Shown: piece by piece, positions 63,025 through 64,000 of the stretch | Layout: the number at the start of each line of letters is the position of its first letter | Position numbering within the stretch: the stretch's first letter is position 1 | Source of the DNA: Tricharina praecox | Taxonomy: Eukaryota | Length of the DNA: 64,000 bases | Direction: 5' to 3' | Assembly: GCF_024521635.1 (NCBI RefSeq) | Contig: NW_026250411.1 | Coordinates: 186,001 to 250,000 of the forward strand | The notes under the pieces: generated by a model | Database searches by the model: none | The model's input: only the letters and a program-made list of their open reading frames with translations | What the model was told of the DNA's origin: nothing | Translations under genes and position numbers: made by a program

Positions 63025-64000
63025 ATGGACGGCTCCTTTACCCATCTCGGTACTTCCTTCTACATTGCCACCGTGGTAGGTACCTGTATTCTAATTTGGC
63101 GGCAGGTAACCACTTCGACGACAGTGCCTCCACTGTCGAGACATCGTCAGTCTACGATCTCAAAGCAAGGCGCCACGATGACGACGAAGACACGATAGAC
63201 GATACCCTCAGCTTAGTTAGTGTACCTGTCGGTGGCTCCGCGCTCGGCGACCGCAACTACGGCGAAGAGGATGGCTTGATCCCGGTTGACGACACTGAGC
63301 TTCCCGCTCATGCTTGTGCATACTGTGGAATCCACTCGCCGTCTTGCGTGGTCAAGTGCTTGATCTGCAACAAATGGTTCTGCAGCGCTCGTGGCAACAC
63401 CTCTTCCTCCCATATCATCAATCATCTTGTGCGCGCTCGCCACAAGGTAGGCGTGACCTGACACCCCCGCCGACCTATCGTCTAGATGCTGATTCAACTA
63501 TAGGAAGTTTGCCTTCACCATCAGTCCGCTCTCGGAGAGACCACCCTGGAATGCTACAACTGTGGAACCAAGAATGTTTTCATCCTGGGTTTTATTCCGG
63601 CAAAGTCCGACACTGTCGTCGTCCTGCTCTGCCGTCAGCCCTGCGCAGCCGCGCCGTCCAACAAAGATATGAATTGGGATACACACAGGTGGCAACCGTT
63701 GATCGAGGATCGCTCTTTTCTACCGTGGCTCGTTTCGACCCCGTCGGACGCCGAACAGCTTAGGGCTCGTCATCTATCTCCTCAAATGATAGGAAAATTG
63801 GAGGAGTTATGGAAGGATAACTCGAACGCTACCATTGCCGATCTGGAGAAGGGCGCTGGTGTGGACGACGAACCAGCACATGTCATGCTGCGCTACGACG
63901 ACGCGTACCAGTACCAGAATATCTTCGGACCGCTTGTGAAAATCGAAGCGGACTACGATCGCAAGTTGAAAGAGGCTCAGAGCCAGGACAACCTCGTTGT
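63025..64000 (+). CDS. UPF1: NMD helicase Upf1/Nam7, 5' part (runs off the window); exons 63025-63049, 63106-63446, 63504->64000
   Basis: CH zinc domain [23 protein letters not shown]...[17 protein letters not shown]...[34 protein letters not shown]. Confidence 0.97.

Overview
Eukaryotic DNA from a filamentous ascomycete (Pezizomycotina; inferred from short GT-AG introns with CTRAC/CTAAT-type branch sites and the gene set). Eleven protein-coding genes were reconstructed by hand: a SUN-family glucanase, an uncharacterised PH-like protein, phospholipase C (PLC1), an Ara2-like aldo-keto reductase, an uncharacterised membrane protein, a CNOT11-like protein, PMP3, a HAD hydrolase, CDS1, IMP4 and the 5' part of UPF1/NAM7. 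Two divergent intergenic blocks of about 16 kb (3.2-19.7 kb and 29.4-45.2 kb) contain no recognisable gene. Features invisible in the ORF track: (i) a box C/D snoRNA matching snR58 (25S Cm663 guide) in CDS1 intron 3; (ii) three 5'-truncated, TSD-bounded copies of one RNase H-encoding LINE family, which share a covarying structured 3' end, a (CAAAA)n-like tail always followed by CC, and a C-terminal protein tail under purifying selection; (iii) a 1.3 kb non-autonomous TIR element; (iv) a UGA-CUAG readthrough context on PLC1 and two -KSRL PTS1 ends. I found no clearly new multi-gene system; the LINE 3'-end and targeting features are the best lead. Splice models and family calls are by eye and were not checked against databases.
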